Assembly: GCF_009834535.1 (NCBI RefSeq)
Contig: NC_045697.1
Coordinates: 98,582,001-98,646,000, forward strand
Source: Camelus ferus
Lineage: Eukaryota
Reading direction: 5' to 3'
Length of the DNA: 64,000 bases
Both the position numbers and the translations under genes were made by a program. Shown here one piece after another: positions 49,910 to 62,481 of the stretch. A model generated the notes under the pieces. The model saw only the letters and a list, made by a program, of their open reading frames with translations. It was not told where the DNA came from and did no database searches. How positions within the stretch are numbered: the first letter of the stretch is position 1; every line of letters begins with the position of its first letter.

Positions 49910-50350
49910 ATCTGTTAGGTTCAGCTGGCTATAAAGGAGTTCTTTATCCCTCCTATTGTGGTTTTTTTTTTTTGATAGAAGTTCATTTTCTCTCATGTAA
50001 AAAATGACCAGAGGTGGGCAGTTCTGGGGTGATATACCAGTCTCCTTTCAAGTCTCTCTTTCAACAAGGATCTAACCTTCATTCTCATGATTCTAAATGG
50101 TTTCCAGAATTCCAGTCATCACAACCACATTCCAGGAAACATACAGAGAATTACAAAAAAGGGTACACACTTCTCTTTTAAGGCGAATCTTCAGAAGTAC
50201 CAAATAAAGCTTCCTTTTACACACTGTAAACCCAAATTTAGTCATATGGCCCTACCTTTGAGCAAAGAAGGCTAGAAAATAGCATCTTTTAACTGGTGAT
50301 ACCAAGCCCCACTAAAACTCAGGGTGCTGTTGCTCAAGAAGAAAAGGAAA
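49910..50350 (-). mobile_element. Old MaLR LTR (MLT1J-like)
   Basis: GATAGAAGTTCATTTTCTCTCATGTAA...CCAGAGGTGGGCAG...TTTAGTCATATGGCCCTACC...AAGGCTAGAAAAT. Confidence 0.6.
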
Positions 50351-51594
50351 ATGCCTAGCCATTCTCAGACAGGTGTGGTTAAAACCATTCTACAGTTGAG
50401 GAAACTGAAGCTCAGACTGGTTAAATAACTTGTTCAAATTCATGCAGCTTCTACACATCAGAGCTGGAATTTCACCTCTGCTCTATCTCATTCCAAAGCT
50501 GTGTACTTTCCAGTACTCAGTACTAACCTGGCTCACTCTCAGCACAAGAGTCTGACCCTTGGCAATGTGGCAGGACATTCTTTGAAGCCACACAATAAAT
50601 ATAGCACATCTTCTATGCGATACACATTTCACGCCAGGATTTAGGAGTAAAACAAGTTTATTTAAAACAAACACTGAAAAATATTAAAATTTTAAAAATT
50701 AAAAAATAAAACAAACAGATATGTTATGGCACAGAAGGCCAAATTGCACTGATTTTTATGATGAAACAGGAGAATTGAAAGTTTTGTAAGACATTAGTCT
50801 CTATAGACTAAGCAAAGCCTGAGAAGCCCCTCCCTGCCCTGAACTGTCTCTGCTGCATTCTCCTGCTCCTTGTCATATGTTGACTCTATTCATTGCTGTT
50901 TTCTGGCCTTATCACCGATTGCAGAGTTCACTCCACTTAGAACTGATAGCCTTCTAGACCCCAACAGTACTCACTTCTTACATAGTATGGATACTACAGA
51001 TTGCCTACTAATTTCACAAAAACAGTAACAACAACAACAAAACCTTGAGTTTTAATGGAAATGTTCTGATGCTTTTAAAAGTTTGAAAGTGGCTGGTGAT
51101 CCCATTTGAGTAGAGTGCCTATGTAGTAATATTATGCTACAAAATACAATTTCCCAGTCAGTTCACACAGGTTTAAGGATATCTGCTCATTTGCAAGGAA
51201 GGGTCTCAATTCTGATGTAAATAATTCTACGTGGCCCTGAAGGCACACAGTCTTTACTTATGATTACATTTACAATCTAGCAGTTCCTTTAATGCTAAAC
51301 TTCCAGGCAGTTTCCTGCAGATAGATCTTTCAAGGGTGGATCTTTTCATAGTGGAGCTTCATGCGTCTGGTAAGATCCTATTACATGTCAGTTTGAAGGT
51401 TGTTGTTCAATTTTAAATAAAGCTTTGGTAGAATTATTCCCAATTTTGGTGATTGCTCTCTATAATTATTATACCAGCTAATGAAAAGTTTAAGAATACA
51501 ATTTAGAGGACTATCATATTGGTTCCAGACATCTGATGAATGGATATGCAAATGAGTAAAAGATTTAGATACACACAAAGAACATATTTCCCTT

Positions 51595-51682
51595 TTATTT
51601 TTTAAAGGAACGTACTAGGGATTGAACCCAGGACCTCACGCATACTAGGCATGAGCTCTACCACTAAGCTATTACCCTCCCC
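51595..51682 (-). mobile_element. Vic-1-type SINE
   Basis: GTACTAGGGATTGAACCCAGGACCTCACGCATACTAGGCATGAGCTCTACCACTAAGCTATTACCCTCCC. Confidence 0.88.
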
Positions 51683-54600
51683 ATTCTATTTCCTTTTTTT
51701 TAAGGTACAGATACAGATAGCTTATCAGGGCACACCAAAATTTGATTATAATAAGATAACTTGGTTATTATTTACATGAGCAAGTAGTTCAGAGATTGAC
51801 TCTCTAATGTCAACAAAGTATCAGGTTCTTTAGTCTGCCTAAGTGCTGACACACAGCACTGGATGGAGAAAAAGTAGAGACGGCATCTGAAATATTAGAC
51901 ATGGGAAATGTACTTATCTTACAGCTTGATCTCTTATAAACAGATGATATTTAAGCCAAACAAAAAAGTAAGATTGGGGCCTTTGCATTTGTACACTGGA
52001 GGACAGAATATTTAGACACCAGGAAAAAAATGTCTAAGAATATACTAAAATTCAAAGAACTTATATCCTTTGGGACCTGGGACGTTGGTTCCATGATGTT
52101 CCCGTTACTAACACAGCTCAGGCTGGTCAGGCCCAACTCACACAACGAGAATTTAGCATAGGGCAGAGAAATCATGGGTTCCTTAGTATCAGGTGAAGAA
52201 AAGCAGATCCCCAAAAAAAGGGTTAGGGAAGGATTGGTTATCATTTACACATCTGATGAATATAAATACTGAATTTTATTGCATTTGAGAGAACATCTCA
52301 ATTTCTAAGGTGTTAAAATGTTAAGAGGAAAACAAAACTTTTATCTTAGAATTTATGACACATAGCTCCATAGGTGAGGACTGAACTGGGGAACACATTT
52401 CCTTAACTGGGAAAGAAGCCAGAAATAAATGTATGCAAAAACATTATGACAATTGTTTTAGGTTGGTAAAAACTTTGTTGGACAAGATTCAGAGCTGGGT
52501 ACGTTGAAAAACAAACCAAGGGGGGGAAAAAGACCTGGGTACGTGCTCAGGACAAACCGTAGGCCAGTTAATTAGGAGCTCTGAGTGGGAGGACTGTGAT
52601 TAGACAAGAGTCCATTAAGAAGAGGATCTAAGGCCTGTAAAGTCTTTAGGTTGTGCTGAAATACTCACACCTGCCTCTAAGCCCAGTGCACTAGTTTCAG
52701 AAAGATATCCAAGGAAAAACTTTTTAACTGGTTTTTTATCCCCACAAAACACTTTCAGGGAGGTGTGGAATCCATATGGTCATTAAACCAATTGGTATCT
52801 TGTAGGTTTTTAAATTTTAATTTGCTTCTATTTTTTATTGTTATGAGTTTCACAGATGGACACCAGAGATTTGGTTGCCATGGAAGGCTTTGGCTGTCAG
52901 CTGGAGACTGATAACTCTAGGCAAAAGGATTATAAACATAATGTTTATAATCATAATTACAGTGTAATAGTTTCTTTGCTTATTTATTTCCATTTTGAAT
53001 GATTGGCTTTGGACTATTGGTTTGTTTGATTCTTTGTTTTATTGAATGAAAGATTCTTTAAATTCTATAGTGCTTAATAATTTTCAATATTTTCACAGAC
53101 ATGGTTTCATATAATCCCATAATAATGGACTCTTGGTTTTAACATTCTACATTTCCAATCCTGTCAACTGTCTGTATATCAAAAACAGTCTATATTTTAC
53201 TACTTCACTATCAATAGAGAGGAGCTCTGCTTAACCACAGAGCCGTACAACCTGAAGCCTGGAGGACAGAATGTTCTTGACTACACAGCTGCCTGCATTG
53301 TCCAAACCTGATTTTGTTGGGCACATATTATGGGGATGAAGGAACAGATATCTGTGACAGAAAGCCCAAATGGCATTCCAACTCTCTTTGCCCTGCTATA
53401 CAACATAGAATCTCTGCTCCAATTTTTGTAGAGAGAAGACCACCCAGTATAGAATGTTGACTGGGTAGGGTGAGACCTGGAAATTTAGGGAAGTTTAGAT
53501 TCTATAGTGAAAGTAACAGGCTGAAATGCAGGTTATGCAACAGAAGTATAACATAATTGGAAATAGTATTTTAGGAAATTGGTCTGGCTACCATCATGCA
53601 GAAAATGGACAAGAGTAAATAGCTTACTGTTTAAAAACAAGTCCACATAAAAACAAAACAATGACATACATCAATTAGAAAATATACCATGAGATGATGT
53701 AACACTGAAAGGAATTTTCCCAAAGGAATTAATATTGTTGAACACCTACTATGAGGTAGAGTCTATCGATGAGGGTATTTCCAGTATTTCATCTAACAAT
53801 TGTGAAATTGGTACGGCAGCCTCCATCATACAGATGAAAAAAGCAGTTTGGTGAAATTACGTAACTTTCCCAGTGTCACTGAGTTTCTTTGAATGATAAA
53901 ATTGGGATTCAAATCCAGACCCGACTAATTCCAAGACCATTGCTCTTTCTACAAAACCAAGCTGTCCTTATACTCTAAAAACTACAAAATATTGTTGAAA
54001 GAAATTAAAGAATACCTAAATAAATGGAAAGATATCCTATGTTCATTGATCAGAAGATTTAATATTGTTAAAATGGCAATCCTTCCTAAATAGATCTATA
54101 GATTCAAAATGTTTCTGAAATCCCAGCTGGCTTTTTAGCAGAAATTGATAAGTTGATCTTAAAATTCATATAGAAATTCAAGGGACCTCAAATAGCCAAT
54201 AAAACTTGAAAAAGAAGAACAAATTTAAAGGACTGACACTTTCCAATTTCAAAACTCATCACAAAACTACCATAATCAAGACAGTCTGGTACTAGCATCA
54301 GGATAGACATCTAAATCAAGAGAATAGACTTGAGAGTCCAGAAATAAACCTTTACATTCATGTCAAATGATTTTCAGCAAGAGTGCCAAGACAGTTTAAA
54401 GTTGGACCCTTACCTAACACCATATACAAAAACTAACTCAAAATGGATTATAGATCTAAATATAAGAGCTAAAATTACAAAGCTCTTAGAAGAAAATACA
54501 GGAGTAAATCTTTATGACCTTGAATTAGGCAATGGTTTCTTAGATATGACACCAATGCACAAGTGACAAAAATAAATAAATAAATATACTTGATTTCATC

Positions 54601-54950
54601 AAAATTTAAAACTTTTGTGTTTTAAATCTAGAAATGGAAAAGAAAATCCACAGAATAGGGGAAAATATGTGCAAATCATATATCTGATAAGACGCTTCTA
54701 TCCAAATATATACAACTCAGTAATAAAAAGATAAGTAATCCAATCTTTTTAAATGGACAAAACATCTGAATAAACATTTCTCCAAACATCATTAATCATA
54801 AAGTAAATGCAAATCAAAATTACAATGAGATACCACTTTGCACCTACTAGCTAGGATGGCTATAAATAAGCAGATAGTAACAAGTGCTGGTGAGTTTGGG
54901 GAGAACTGGGAACCATCCTAATTGCTGGTGGGAATATAAAATGGTGCAGT

Positions 54951-55191
54951 GGGTAGACTGGCAGGGACTGGGGTTGCCAGCTGCCTACCCTTTTAATGGA
55001 AATTTTAAAAGGTATTTGTAGGAAATGTTTACTAAAGTAATCCCAAGACTCCTGCCCCTTCGGCACTCTGGGATTTGGGGGCAAGAGAGGTCAGGTGTAG
55101 TGCCTGAGGAGATAGCCGTTAACCCAGCTCTGCTTTGGGGCTTATGGTCTGGTATAAGGAATAATGCAGGTAAATTAATAAGTTGGGTAAT

Positions 55192-55223
<32 letters not shown>
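54951..55223 (+). pseudogene. Retroposed copy of an unidentified RNA 3' end
   Basis: Non-L1 sequence with a (TCAA)8 tail, flanked by a perfect 15-bp TSD ATAAAATGGTGCAGT (54936-54950 / 55224-55238) inside an L1. Confidence 0.75.
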
Positions 55224-55228
<5 letters not shown>

Positions 55229-55380
55229 ATGGTGCAGTTGCTTTGCAAAACAGTCTGACAGTCCCTCAAAAGGCTAAACACAAGAGTTACCATATGACCC
55301 AGCAATTCCTCCCTTAGGTTTATATCAGAGAGAAATGACATCATTATGTCTACACAAAAACTTATACACAAATGTTCAAG

Positions 55381-55547
55381 CTTTTGGTGAGTTACTCAGT
55401 TTTTCTGTCTCTCCCATGTATATGTATTATTAAGTTTTGTTTGATTTTCTGTGTCATGTTAATTTAATTCTTGTTAATCTGTGTCATGTCAATTTAATTC
55501 TTAGACCAGAGAGAAGAAGGCTGGAGGAAATTTTCTTCCTCCCCTAT
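55381..55547 (+). mobile_element. MER34-like LTR 3' fragment
   Basis: GGTGAGTTACTCAGTTTTT...TCATGTCAATTTAATTCTTAGACCAG...TTTCTTCCTCCCC, with a short internal duplication. Confidence 0.8.
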
Positions 55548-56786
55548 GGTGGAAAGTAAATTCATGGTTGCCTAGGGATGTGGGATTTACAGAGAAATAC
55601 AGAGTGACTGCTAATATCTATGGCATTCCTTCTTGGGGTTATCAAAATGTTTTAAAATTGACTGTTTCAAAACCATTGAATTGTTCACTTTTAATAAATT
55701 GTATGGTATATGAATTATATCTCAATAAAGTTGTTAAAAAAGGAAACCCTAGATAGCCTCTTTGTTTATATTTTCAAGCAGATGTTGTCCAAATATCGTG
55801 ACAACTTTTCACTCTTTTCCCTCTTTCCATTAATGTTCTCAGATTGTTTGTTTGTTTGTTTGTTTGTTTGTTTTTAACAGCCTGCACTGGGTAGTTGAAT
55901 CTTGAATCCTAAGGCTCTGGTTTGATTCTAGGGGCTTGGTTTCCTGGAAAGTCAGGAAACCTAACTCTCAATCCCTGCCTAGTTATCACCCACCTAACCC
56001 TAAGGGTCTCCCTTTTCTTATTGGTAAGTAAAAAGGATTGAGCAGATGATCTCTAAAGAGGCTTCCTTGTGACACTAAAAGAGCTTCAATCCCATCAATG
56101 GAAGCAGTGTTGGTTCTTTTTAGCTCTTCACTCTTCAGAGCCAAGTAGTCAAAATCTGATGTGATTTCAATTTACTCAAATGGTTCTCAGGGCCAATTAT
56201 TAAAAACCTTTATCAGATCTTTGCATATAAAGTTAAAACCCCAGAAGCATATCACTGTGAGTTTAGCATTTGTAGAAGTTAATTACCTAGCACCCACAAT
56301 AGAATCAAGTAAATCCAGTCTCTATTAGTTGTGTTAACTCCTAATTTTTAACCAGTTTATAGATGATCAATTGAGAAAATTAGAAAAATGTATCCAAATA
56401 GTGGGGGCAAAAAAAGCCAACTTTCAAAGATAATCACTATTAATATTTTGGAGTATTTTCTTCCAATAATTTTGCATCATTGTTTTTCTTCACTTAACAC
56501 TATATTATAAGCATCTCTCCATGTCAGCAGGTAGTTTTAATGTCACTTAATGCCAATGGAGGTGTTATGGTATATTTCACCCTATCACGGACAGACTGCT
56601 TCCTGTTATCTCCAATTTTAAGTAACGAGGGGAAAGGACTAATTTCTTTCTACAGAAAGCATTCTGATATTTAGGATTATTTCCTTGGATAGATTCTGAT
56701 TCCTAAGAAATTAATGAACCAAAGGATATGACCGTTTCATTGCATGTTTCCAAAAACTTGTAGCAACTTATATGTATGTTGAGAAG

Positions 56787-57189
56787 TGATAAATTCAATT
56801 GGTATATTGGGACCCACAAAATGGAGGCCACCCCAGTGACCCTCCACATGTCATTAATCTAAACCTAAGTTAGTCTGCACTTACCACAACGCCTCCCTGT
56901 CAAGGAAACCTAACAGACACCAATCACTGTCCTCCAACTTGGCTTTGGCCAGCTCACCTTACCCCAGGAACTAGGACATGCCAGTCTTACAGGGAAATCC
57001 CTGACCTCCTGGCCAATCACGCCCTGTTTCCACTTGCTCTTTTGAAAGCTCTAGAAAACTTGTTCAAAGTCCCTCGGGCAGAATTCTCCACTGCTCAGGA
57101 AGCACTGTCCTCCCCCAACCTATGGACCATGTTCCCTTGAACAAAGGATATCAAATCTAACTAAATGGTTTTAGTTTGGTCATTTGACA
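56787..57189 (+). mobile_element. ERV1-type solo LTR
   Basis: TGATAAATTC...CATTTGACA; perfect TSD GAAG (56783-56786 / 57190-57193); two CCAATCA boxes. Confidence 0.85.
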
Positions 57190-57269
57190 GAAGATAGTTA
57201 AGACAGACCTAGTGTGCTACAAAGTGTGGTTTAAGACCTGAAATTTATGTTATGTCTTCATCATTGAAG

Positions 57270-57410
57270 TACTGACTTACTGTTCATTGTCTACATACCC
57301 CTGCTAGAATCTCCATAAGGGCAGGAATCTTGGTTTACTGATCTATCTCAAGCATCTGAACAGTGCCTGGCATATGGGAGACATTTAAATATTTGTTTCA
57401 AGAACAACTG
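57270..57410 (+). mobile_element. L2 3' end
   Basis: CTAGAATCTCCATAAGGGCAGGAATC...GAACAGTGCCTGGCATATGG...AAATATTTGTT. Confidence 0.75.
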
Positions 57411-57614
57411 AAATAGGAAAAAGTTTGGTTTTTAATCATTATTATGTCAATGGCAAGATTTAACAGCAGGTGACAACAAAACTGTCAAGTGAATATGTTC
57501 CTATGTCCATCCCATTCCCTGGTGTTATTTACCCTGACACAGTTTAACTTTGAATCATTTATCGCATGCCTACTTCAGATATAAAAGTTGAATTCCTTAG
57601 TTCTTATATATAAG

Positions 57615-58095
57615 AGAAACTGCTAGTTGCCAGCCTAATTTCAGGTTCTCTTGTTTTCTTGAAAGCAGTGTATTCAGCTGGAAGACCACATTTCTAATCT
57701 GTATTGCCGACAGGTATGGCCAGATGATTAATAAAATATATATATATGGAAACTGTTGAAAGTCCTTTTAGAAAGGCTCTTTGAAATGGGAACAGATAGC
57801 TGATGTGGCCCCTTGCTTTCCTTCTTCTGCTTCCTGCCTAGAATGCAGACAGGATGGTTCCAACAGCCCAGTCTTATACAATGAGGTAAACTTAAGGATG
57901 GAATCTCTGCTCAGTGGATGACAGAGCAGAAAGATTTAAGGAGTCAGAATCTCTGGTGATGTGGAGACATCACACCAACCCTGGACTGCCTGCCCTCTAT
58001 GCTATATAACATAAGAAAAAATAAAGCTCTATCTTGCTTTAAGCTACTGTTATTTCAGGTTTCTTATCAGCTAAAGACAATTTCTAACTGATAAA
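57615..58095 (+). mobile_element. Old MaLR LTR (MLT1H/I/J-like)
   Basis: GACAGAGCAGAAAGAT...CCAACCCTGGACTGCCT...AAATAAAGCTCTATCTTGCTTTAAGCTACTGTTATTT...CTAACTGATA. Confidence 0.7.
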
Positions 58096-58233
58096 TTATA
58101 CTGTCATTTTTCCTAAAGCTTTGAAGATTTCAACAATACAATAAATGTTCTTTTAATACAACATGAAATCTTTTGCTTTATATACTTATCTTTTAAGGAA
58201 TAAGATCTATACTTTTTATTCTGAGCTAATTGC

Positions 58234-58770
58234 TGTATGAGAGCAAAATTTGCCACCCCAAAATCTCTTTGGCATGAGGATTATTTTTAAGAAACGAAAG
58301 TCCTTCTTTTTACCTCTCCCTTAGCTGCCTAAAGAATTTAGATAGAGGGTCTGTTGGAATAGAGCTATCACCAGAGAGATCTGCAAAGAATATGGGCTAG
58401 GTGTGGTGAGGTGGAGGACACTCCAGGCAGGGCCTAGAGACCACAATTCACTCTGTGTCCCACTATCACTGCATGGCCCAGCAAACATTTACCGAACATT
58501 TGCTTTTCCATATCCATGTGAACTACCTTCCTCCCTTTAGAAGTCCCAAACGATTACCCTCAACAGTCTCTTTTGTTTTTAGCTGACAGTGGTATTAGAG
58601 GTGAGGGTTTCTACCATTTTGGCAAGTTTCTTGGTTTTCCTGGGTCTCCACCGTGTATACATGTTATGAAACTTTTGTGTGATTTTCTCCTGTTCATCTA
58701 TCTCATGTCAATTTACTTCTTAGACCAGCCAGAAGAACCTAGAAGGGTAAAGGAAAATTTCTCCCTGACA
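58234..58770 (+). mobile_element. MER34-like solo LTR
   Basis: TGTATGAGAGCAAAATTTGCCACCCCAAAA...CTCCCTGACA; perfect TSD TTGC. Confidence 0.92.
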
Positions 58771-58997
58771 TTGCTATGCTTTAATTTTAATCATGAAAAA
58801 GTATATTTGGTTCATAGATAGGAAGCAGGAAACAATAATAATTTCATTTGGCAGCACTGGGCCTGAACTTTCATGAATAAGACCATGAGATACCTTTGGA
58901 TAATGTTATGACTCAGGAATATAGAGGAAATCTAATGGTCCCTTTGAGCCCATGTAGAAATTAATCTAATAAAGAGTAAAATGTAACTTCTCCTTCA

Positions 58998-60760
58998 CAA
59001 AAGACCCAGAATTGTCAAAGCAACACTGAAGAAAAAGAATGAAGCTGGAGGAATAACCCTCCCAGACTTCAGACAATACTACAGAGTTACAGTGATCAAA
59101 ACAGCATGGTTTTGGTACAAAAACAGACATATGGATCAATGGAACATAATAGAGAGCTCAGAAATAAACTCATAAACTTTTGGTCAATTAATCTTTTTTT
59201 TAATGACAGTTTTAATAGACTTTAAAACAGTGTACAATTATAAAACACTGGTTTTGTATTTCAAAATCTGATCAATTAATCTTTGACAAAGGAGGCAAGA
59301 ACATACAATGGAGTAAAGACAGTCTGTTCAGCAAATGGTGTTGGGATAACTGGACAGCTCCATGTAAATTAATGAAGTTAAAACACTCCCTCAACCATAC
59401 ATAAAAATAAACCCAAAATGGATTAAGACTTAAACAGAAGACAAGACACTATAAACCTCTTAGAAGAAAACATTGGCAAAACATTCTCTGACATAAATCT
59501 CAGCAATGTTCTCCTAAGGCGGTCTACCCAGGCAATAGAAATAAAAGCAAAAATAAACAAATGAGACCTAATTAAGCTTATAAGCTTTCACACAGCAAAG
59601 GAAACCATAAGCAAAACAAAAAGACAACCTACCTATGGAACGGGAGAAAATATTTGCAAAAGATGAAACTGACAAGGGCTTAATTTCTAGAATATATAAA
59701 CAGCTTACACAACTTAATAATTAAAAAACAAACAACCCAATCCAAAAATAGGCAAAAGACCTAAACAAACAATTCTCCAATGATGACATACAAATGGCCA
59801 ATACGCACATGAAGAAATGGTCAGTATCACTAATTATCAAAGAAATGCAAATCAAAACTACAACAAGGTATCACCTCACAACAGTCAGAATGGCCATCAT
59901 TCAAAAGTTCATGAATGATAAATGCTGGACAGAGTATGGAGAAAAGGGACCCCTCTTACTCTGCCGGTGGGAATCTAGTTTGATGCAGCCATTATGGAAA
60001 ACAGTATGGAGATTCCTCAAAAGACTAAAAATAGACTTACCATATGATCCACCAATCCCACTCCTGGGTTCAGAGGGAACTTTAATTTGAAAAGATACGT
60101 GAAAAAAAAACATAATAAAGAGTGGAAAAACAAAATAAAACAAGTTTTAAAAATCAAAAAAAAGAAAGAAAGAAAGAAAAGATACATGAACCCCCCCAAT
60201 TTTCATAGCAGCACTATTTTCAATAGCCAAGACATGAAACAACTTAAATGTCTATCAACAGATGACTAGATAAAGAAATTGTGGTATATTTACATAATGG
60301 AATACTACTCAGCCATAAAAAATAATAAAATAAAGTCATTTGTAGCAACATAGATGAATCGGAGATTGTCATTCTAAGTGAAGTAAGCCAGAAAGAGAAA
60401 GAAAAACACCATATGATATCACTTATATGTGGAATCTTAAAAAAAAAAAAAAAGACAAAAGAACTTATTTACAAAACAGAAACAGACTCACAGACATAGA
60501 AAACAAATTTATGGTTACTGAGGATGAAGGGGATAAGAAGGGATAAACTGAGAGTTTGAGATTTGCAGATACTAATATATATAAAATAGATAAACAAGTT
60601 TATACTGTATAACACAGAGAACTATTTTCAATATCTTAAAGTAACTTACGGTAAAAAAGAATATATGTATGTTCATGTATGACTGAAACATTATGCTGTA
60701 CACCAGAAATTGATACAACATTGTAAACTGACTATACTTCAATAAATATATATACAAAAA
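58998..60760 (+). mobile_element. 5'-truncated camelid-type L1 (ORF2 3' part and UTR)
   Basis: [12 protein letters not shown] and [19 protein letters not shown] motifs, 3' UTR and A tail; degenerate TSD AAAATGTAACTTCTCCTTCA / AAAAGTAACTTTTCATCA. Confidence 0.93.
59197..59268 (-). pseudogene. Short retrocopy of an mRNA 3' end
   Basis: The - strand reads ATTTTGAAATACAAAACCAGTGTTTTATAATTGTACACTGTTTTAAAGTCTATTAAAACTGTCATT then A8; ATTAAA signal; TSD TCAATTAATCTTT (59184-59196 / 59272-59284). Confidence 0.75.
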
Positions 60761-60859
60761 AAAAGTAACTTTTCATCATGGAGTACTGTAAGAGTTTGAG
60801 TGTTCATTACTATGTCAAAGAAAACAAGGTTTTTTAATTTGCTTTTAAATTGGTACCTG

Positions 60860-61770
60860 TGTAAGTCTGTGTCATCCAAAAAGTAGACACCAAGAAGTAA
60901 TTAACTATGAAAACCGAAACCACCTACTTTCATAGTTTATAGTCTACATTAACATGACTTACTGTTCCTTAGTCTTCTTTAGCATAACTTTACTATTGCA
61001 GGAGACTCTTGCCCAGGCAAATAACTTTATTGCTCATTACAGGAACTTGTTTGAAAGATCATCAACTCTTTAATAAAAAGCATCCACAGTTTTCCTACTA
61101 ACACTCTTTGGATTCCTGGCTTCATATTCCTTGCCTTGCTGTTTCCACCAATCCTAAATTACAACTGCATCACAATTCATACCAGATCCCCTCATTGATA
61201 GACCTGCCTTAAACCAAACTTCAAAATCTCAATAAAACCAGGCCTTGCTCTTCCCCCTTTGAACCATGAACAGGCTCTCTGAGGTGTAACTCCCCTTTCA
61301 ATGGTGAGCAATAAATTCGGTTTTATCTCATGAGTGATATTTGGGAATTAGCATTTGATACACGCACAAGATTTATTAGAGCAAGGCGCGAGAAACTGGG
61401 GAAGTTGCCTGCAGGAGGCTGAGACAGCTATCATTCTGCAGAGTGGTCTGCATCCTAGGGTCTGAAACAGGATGAGAAAGAGGGAAGGGAGGAAGAAAGG
61501 AAGGAGGGACCATAGGTGGCAGTGCAGTTATGAGTTTGGAATGGTGCTGGGGAGCTTTCCAGCCAAATTCACCCTTCAGTGTAGCTCCCCTGCCCCCATC
61601 TCGAAGGAACGCGCCTGCCTTAGTGTCCCCAGCGAGCTCAGTTGTGGCCTGGAGGACTTTGTGAGAAACAAGGCCCCAGCTCCATGGTGGTGAAGAGTGT
61701 TAGAACAAAGCCCCTGAGGGCACAGATCAATCATACCTTTGCAGTCCCAGTAAGAGTTCTGAGAGCCACA
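60860..61770 (-). mobile_element. LTR16-like ERVL LTR split by an ERV1-type LTR at about 60908-61340
   Basis: AAAAGTAGACACCAAGA|...AAGATTTATT...GGAACGCGCCTGCCTTAGTGTCCC resembles LTR16A; the insert ends GCAATAAATTCGG...GATATTTGGGAATTAGCATTTGATA. Confidence 0.6.
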
Positions 61771-62076
61771 TTCTCCTGGTCCAGGACACCTGTTGATCCT
61801 CTGAAAAGACACATGGAACAGTGTTACCATTTGGGAAAAGGGATATAATGAAGGAAAAAAACTCCAAAAGAGTCTAACATAGATTTTTGAATGAATATCT
61901 TTAATGACTATAAAAATACAGTCAAAGCAATTGGAATTTTTCTGCATTTTTAAATATGGCAAAGATGATATCACTTCAAGTATTAAAAGCTGAAAAATAA
62001 TTTATAGTGATAGAACCTTCATTACTTTGTTTTGTTTTGACTACTCTTTGACTGATATAGTTCTGGTCTTTGACAG

Positions 62077-62420
62077 TGCTGTGGACTGAATTGTGTCCCC
62101 CCACCCCAACCCCAAACTCATATTGTGAAGCCCTAACCTCCAATATGACTATATTCGGAGATAATGTCTTCAAGAAGATAATTAAGGTGTGGAGAGAGGG
62201 TATAGCTCTAGTGGTAGAGCACATGATTAGCATGCACGAGGTCCTGGGTTTAATCCCCAATGCCTCCACAATAAATAAACCTAATTACCTCCTCTCCCCC
62301 CAAAAAAACCTAAAAAAAAGTTAAATGAGGTCATAAGGGTAGGGCTCTGATCCGACAGGATTGGTAGGTAGCCTTATAAGAAGAGGGAGAGAGATTTCCC
62401 TTGCCCTCATGACCACATTA
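62077..62420 (+). mobile_element. MLT1B-like MaLR LTR 5' part containing a Vic-1 SINE (62190-62320)
   Basis: TGCTGTGGACTGAATTGTGTCCCC...GAAGCCCTAACCTCCAATATGACT...TTAAATGAGGTCATAAGGGT. Confidence 0.88.
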
Positions 62421-62426
62421 TGTGTG

Positions 62427-62480
<54 letters not shown>

Positions 62481-62481
<1 letters not shown>

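Larger units (their letters stand above)
53968..55740 (+). mobile_element. Older L1 ORF2 3' region and UTR, with inserts
   Basis: AACTACAAAATATTGTTGAAAGAAATTAAAGAATACCTAAATAAATGGAAAG; ORF2 remnant LDPYLTPYTKTNSKWIIDLN; ends ATCTCAATAAAGTTGTTAAAAA. Confidence 0.92.

Noticed and set aside
51321..51369. Possible 49-nt exon (TTTCCTGCAG / CTG|GTAAGA)
   Set aside because: Splice-like pairs are frequent by chance; no partner exons or recognisable peptide. Needs RNA-seq.
51187..51556. Inverted CTCATTTGCA / TGCAAATGAG with an octamer motif
   Set aside because: Only 10 bp, no TSD, and no element identity that I can support.
59794..60090. L1 ORF2-like ORFs (also 19217-19432 and 54360-54566)
   Set aside because: Fragments of truncated, frameshifted L1s, not functional CDS.
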